Shown here: positions 58,032-64,000 of the stretch, one piece after another
Position numbering within the stretch: the stretch's first letter is position 1
Layout: every line of letters starts with the position of its first letter
From: the human T2T-CHM13v2.0 reference genome, Homo sapiens
Direction: 5' to 3' (one strand)
DNA length: 64,000 bases
Assembly: GCF_009914755.1 (NCBI RefSeq)
Contig: NC_060927.1
Notes under the pieces: generated by a model
What the model was told of the DNA's origin: nothing
Databases searched by the model: none
What the model saw: the letters and a program-made list of their open reading frames with translations, nothing else
Translations under genes and position numbers: made by a program

Positions 58032-58479
58032 TATAACCTGCATGGACCTAGGGGGACTGAACAAAGGGGGCGAACGCAGGAATAAAAGACAAAGATGAAA
58101 GAGTATATTTGGAAGAAGGGGTCAGGGGGCACCTTGCCTCTAGTGGACAAGGGCCCTGAGCTTTACACAGCCCTCCATATTTATTAGGCAAAAGAGATAG
58201 CGAGAAGGGTGGCGTGGAAAAGGGGTCGGCTGCTCGGTCCAGAGTAGGCTTGCAAGACTGCATTCTCTAGATGTCCCAGTAGATAACCTTAAGGAACTCA
58301 GTGCCAGGAAGTGACTGCCTTCAGCAAACCATCTGGCAGTGAGAGCAGTCGTGAGTTTGCCCACATCCTGCATTCATGATAAACAGTTTGCTGTTTGATC
58401 ATATAGCCTCCAGTGGAATGCTGAGTTGGTCATGTCCCATGGGCCTTTGGCTCCCTGCATATCCCCCTTTCTGTTTATG

Positions 58480-60400
58480 TATTAATTGAAAGAATGTAAG
58501 GCCAGGCTGAGCAGCTCTCATTTTTTGATTGGCAGTCCATCTGAGTTTACAGACTATAAACAGAAGACAGAGACAAAAAAACATTATTCCAAGAACTACA
58601 TATAAGATGTTAATGTGGTGCTTTAGATAGGTCCAAGGGTTGAGGCTCTCCAGGCCTTCCTGGAATTTGGTCCAGTCTTCTAAAGAAGGCTGAAACTCTT
58701 GAGTTTGCCTATTTAAATCAAGAATTTTGTTTTATAATTCACCAATATCAAAGGTGATGTTGGATGTGAAAGCTCCCTGCAAATGGGCTTTCACAAGGTC
58801 CCATGGATACTCACTTTGGTTATATTTTAAGTTGGTTACACAAATATGAGTGTGATTAAAATGACAACGCAATTGCTGCTGCAATTGCAAGCTTTGTGCT
58901 TTTCCCCTAACCATAGAACCGTGGATTTCAACATTGCCACTTCAGTTTGTAACTCAGTGTTAATTTTATTCTGAAGTAGCCACACTTGGTAGGCTGTGTG
59001 CATCCATTTCTCCACATACTGAGCTGTTTGAATAGAATTATGCAAAGCTACAGAAGACATCACAACAGAAGTTATTAGTGTGACCAAGGAAACAATAGCA
59101 AAAATTATCAGGCCCAAGGCTCTACAGACACGATGAGTAAGCTAAGTTAGAAGAAGTTTCACAAAATGCAAAGCAGGTGTGGCAGCCCAAGGCTCGGACA
59201 GATTAACAGGAATCCATAGCCAAGGGATGCAACCTAAAATCATCAAAGTAGAGATACTACGTGTTTGCAATGTGCTATGATTAATGCAGTGATATAACTG
59301 GCAAGATTTACAGGTCAATTTGGTATTGTTTACCTGGAGCTGGTCCTTCTTAGCTGCCAAAAAGACATAAGGATTAAAAACACAAACTGTAAATTGAGTG
59401 GTGATATTCTTTACAAATGTAACATTAAGACTGTGTGGCTTACTATTGCTATTATTGGATAGTATTCCAACCCAGATGTTGCTATTCATAAATGGGAGTG
59501 CTGCATTCCATATTGTCTCTTGAATTGGTCCTTTCCTTCCTAGATAATGCCACTGAGGAAGAGGTGGGCTAAAGCCTGCTCCATGCCAAGCAATCTGGGT
59601 GGCAGACTGGGATTGGATGCCAGTGTTGTATAAAGAAGAAGAATTAAAAGCTTGCCACCAATGCCAGCACAGTTTGTGCCATGATTTCTGATTTTTGTCT
59701 TTTCCATCTAATTGACCTTTAGGTCCGCAATGTCTCCAGTTAACATAGATTGTTTTCTAGCCAGTGGGCCAGGACAGGGGGTCCATGGACGGGGGTAGGA
59801 ACTATTGAAGGGAATCCATTCTGTATAGTCAGCACAATTAGGGCGACTGGGCCGGGAATGGTTGATTAGCACACCAGTTACGTTAATAGAACCAAGACTT
59901 AATAAGTACATGATTTTACCATAGTGACTCAACCATGTTTGAGCTTGAATTGTAAGACAGCTATGGCTGAGTGACGTTTTTGTGGTGATACACAAAGGGA
60001 GCCCTTCCAGTGGAGCGGTATAATTAATGACATTATTCTGAGAGTCTAACTGTTCTATGTCAGGGGGAGTTTGGGATCCTGGAGCCCACTCTCCCTGATT
60101 GTGATAAATCTCAGGAGGAGTGTCACTCCAAAGTACAGGTCGTACTGCTGGGGGATTGGGAACATATGCCTAATATGTTTTTGCTTCTGCACAGGAAAAC
60201 ATACCGCACAGGACATTATGGCTAACATGGCCAAGAACATGGAATCAGGGGTTTTTGCCTGTCCCTGACACTCCAGTAGTTTCTCAGTTTCCTGTGTGGC
60301 TTTCTTGAGTTGTCCCCAGGTTACGGGGGTTGATGTCATTGTGATTCTGGTCGGCCTTCTCTCCCTCTTTGCACTCAGGCTCAGCTGGCTCATGGCTCGT
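58480..60400 (-). pseudogene. HML-6 env remnant
   Basis: Leader TWGQLKKATQE..TPDSMFLAML; TM-like IIFAIVSLVTLITS..VALHNSIQTAQYV; CHFNHTHICVT loop; frameshifted. Confidence 0.85.
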
Positions 60401-63009
60401 ACCGGAGGGACTGGGCCCATGGTTGGCCACCCTGGGTTCCTCTAGTCTCCCATTATGTGGTCGCATGCACCTTGAGGGCACCCACACGGCTTGTCCATCT
60501 CCTGTGAAAACACAAGCATATCCTCTTCCCCACTTCAGTAAACCCACCAGACCTTTTCATTGTCCTTCTTCCAGGGATTTCCGTAACATTTTTGGATAAA
60601 CTTTCCTCTTTTCCTCTAACACTTGCCAATGTCTTTTTGCCGGAGTCTTACCATCCATACCAGGAGTCAAAAAATTTAAAGTAAATAAGGCTAAATATAG
60701 TTTTGATTGAGGTGGTAGTTGGCCTCCTATACCCACTTTTTGTCTTTTCAACATGCATTGTAATGTTTGATGTGCCTGCTCTATAATGCCTTGTCCTCTA
60801 GGATTATAAGGAATTCCTGTTTTATGGGTTATAGCCCAAAGCTGCAAGAAATTTTTAAAAGCGTGACTAGTATAAGCGGGTCCATTGCCAGTTTTTAATT
60901 GTTTAGGTATCCCCATATGAGCAAATGGTGATAGGCAATGTCACTGTACATGACCAGCTGTCTCACCTGTTTGGCACATAACATGCAGCGTATGAAAATA
61001 AGTGTCTATAGTCACATGAACATAGCTTACCAAAGGTTGCTGTGTGTGTAACATCCATTTGCCAAATTTCATTTGGAGCCAAACCTCGTGGATTACATCC
61101 TTCTACAGGTGTGGCTCCAGGGGCATGCTGGCAAGTAGGACAGGTTTGTGTTATAGCCCTAATATGCCTGTGAGATAAATGGAACATGTGAGTAAGGGCG
61201 GAAGTATTTTGGTGCAGAAGCGCATGAGATGCTTGAGCTTGCTGAAACACAGAACCAATCAGTTTGTCTGCTTTCTCATTACCTAGAGATAGTGGCCCAG
61301 GAAGTTGTGTGTGAGAATAAATATGAGAAATATGAAAAGAAGCTGCATGAGAGCGAATAACTTGTTGAAGTCTTAAAAATAAGCAGTTCTGGGTCTAGTG
61401 TATTTTTAATTGTAGCAGTTTCTATGTGACTGGCTACATTTACAACGTAAGCTGAATCACAGACAATTTTGATAGGATCTGAAGCTGTGAGCTCTAACAC
61501 CTGAATGACTGCAATTAGCTCTGAGGATTGAGCTGAAACCCCAGAGGTCATTATTGTTTGAGTATGTTTTGGTCCATAGATAGCTGCATGACCTTTGGAA
61601 GAACCATCAGTAAAATAAGTCTGTCCACCTGGAGTAGGCTTGTGATGAATAATGAATAATCACAGGAAGAATGAAAGAATGGATTTTATAAAATTGTAAA
61701 ATTTTGTCTGAAGGGTAGTGGTTATCTATAGCACCCACGAAGTCTGCAAAAGTAGTCTGCCAGGCAGTTGACATTTCCCAAGCTGTGGCTTGTTGCTGGG
61801 AGTCTACAGGAACAATAATTTTGTCAGGATCATATCCCATAAGCATTCTTGACCTATGCCTGCCCATAGTCACAATTTGTGTAATTAAAGAAAGATAAAC
61901 TTGCAAGGTTTTGACTGTTTGATTAGGTAGAAAGAGCCATTCTATTACTGTTACAGACTTGTCTATGAACTGGCCCAAAAGTCCTCTTGGAGAGTTGGGG
62001 GTAGGAAGAATAAACAAAAGCAAAGGTTTTTGCAGTTGTAGCGGTGAGGCATGTCTCTGCTGTGACATTTGCTCTACAAGCCGTAATTCGGCTTCTGCCT
62101 CTTTAGTTAATTGCTGCAGCGAATTTAAAGAACAGTCTCCTTGCAGGGTTTGGTAAAGATGTGTAAGTTGATAGGTAGCAGCAATACTTAACATCGGTCG
62201 TAGCCAGTTAATATCTCCTAATTGTTGAAAATCATTTAAAGTCTGTAACCTGTCTTTACAGAGAACTACTTTCTGAAGCCGTACACTCCTCTCCATTAAC
62301 AATACTTCCTAAGTATTGGTATGGGGAAGTTGTTTGCACTTTCTCTGGAGCAATTTTGAGATTCCATTTGACAAGAGCTCGCTTTACTTCTCTGAATAAT
62401 TTATGTAAAATTTGATCTGTAGGAGGGGCCAAAAGAATATCATCCATAAAATGAATGATATACGCAGTGGGAAACATATTTTGAGGCTCCTTTAATGCTC
62501 CTCCCACAAAATGCTGAGGTAATGTGGGACTGTTAAGCATGCCTTGAGGTAAAACTTCCCATTGATAGTGAGACACGTTCTCTTTGATTAACAGAAGGCA
62601 CAGAGAAGGCAAATAGAGGCTCATCCTTCTCGTGTAAGGAGGGTATAGTAAAGAAACTATCCTTAAGATCTATAATTACAAGAGGCCAGTCTCTTGAAAT
62701 GGCCACTGGGGAAGGTAAACCTTGCTGTAATGCGCCCATCGGTTTAATTTGTGCATTAATAGCTCTCAAATTATGCAGCAATCACCATCTTCTGGACTTT
62801 TTTTGGAATAACAAATACCGGTGAATTCCAGGGGCTGACTTTTCTGTATGTCCTGCATTCAATTGCTCTTTTACCAACAGATGAAGTTGATCTAGCTTCT
62901 CCTGTGTTAGGGGTCATTGATCCACCCACACAGGTTTGTCACTAAGCCATTCTAATGGTAAGGGCTTAGGCGGAGGAGAAATATCAATGACCCCCGTCAG
63001 AAATTCTGA

Positions 63010-63010
<1 letters not shown>
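60400..63010 (-). pseudogene. HML-6 pol remnant (RT, RNase H, integrase)
   Basis: [75 protein letters not shown]. Confidence 0.92.

Positions 63011-64000
<990 letters not shown>

Overview
Mammalian, almost certainly human, genomic DNA. The intact XCR1 CDS places it in the 3p21.31 chemokine-receptor cluster. From left to right: (1) intron 1, a non-coding exon 1 and a CpG-island promoter of a minus-strand gene, inferred from synteny to be FYCO1, with three tandem ACTACA-TCCC (ZNF143/SBS-type) motifs; (2) two MER21-like solo LTRs, the second split by a decayed MER50-like gammaretroviral provirus (12228-18596); (3) XCR1 on the minus strand (CDS 32824-33825, putative exon 1 near 39295-39360), whose intron holds an antisense NRBF2 processed pseudogene; (4) a repeat-dense block with an ERV1 solo LTR next to the XCR1 promoter, MER52, a MER65-like provirus, L1 fragments, Alus and a HERV-K(HML-6)/LTR3 provirus running off the right edge. 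The most striking observation is a 260/260-bp perfect inverted duplication (15476-15735 copied to 16258-16517), inserted with microhomology junctions into the otherwise heavily decayed ERV pol. Also notable: the NRBF2 retrocopy keeps a CpG-rich, motif-bearing 5' end and a clean ORF for the MIT domain alone, and an HML-6 env-leader/Rec-like ORF carries a HERV-K-MEL-like peptide. Repeat family names are recognised from memory and need RepeatMasker/Dfam confirmation. I found no clearly new biological system beyond these candidates.
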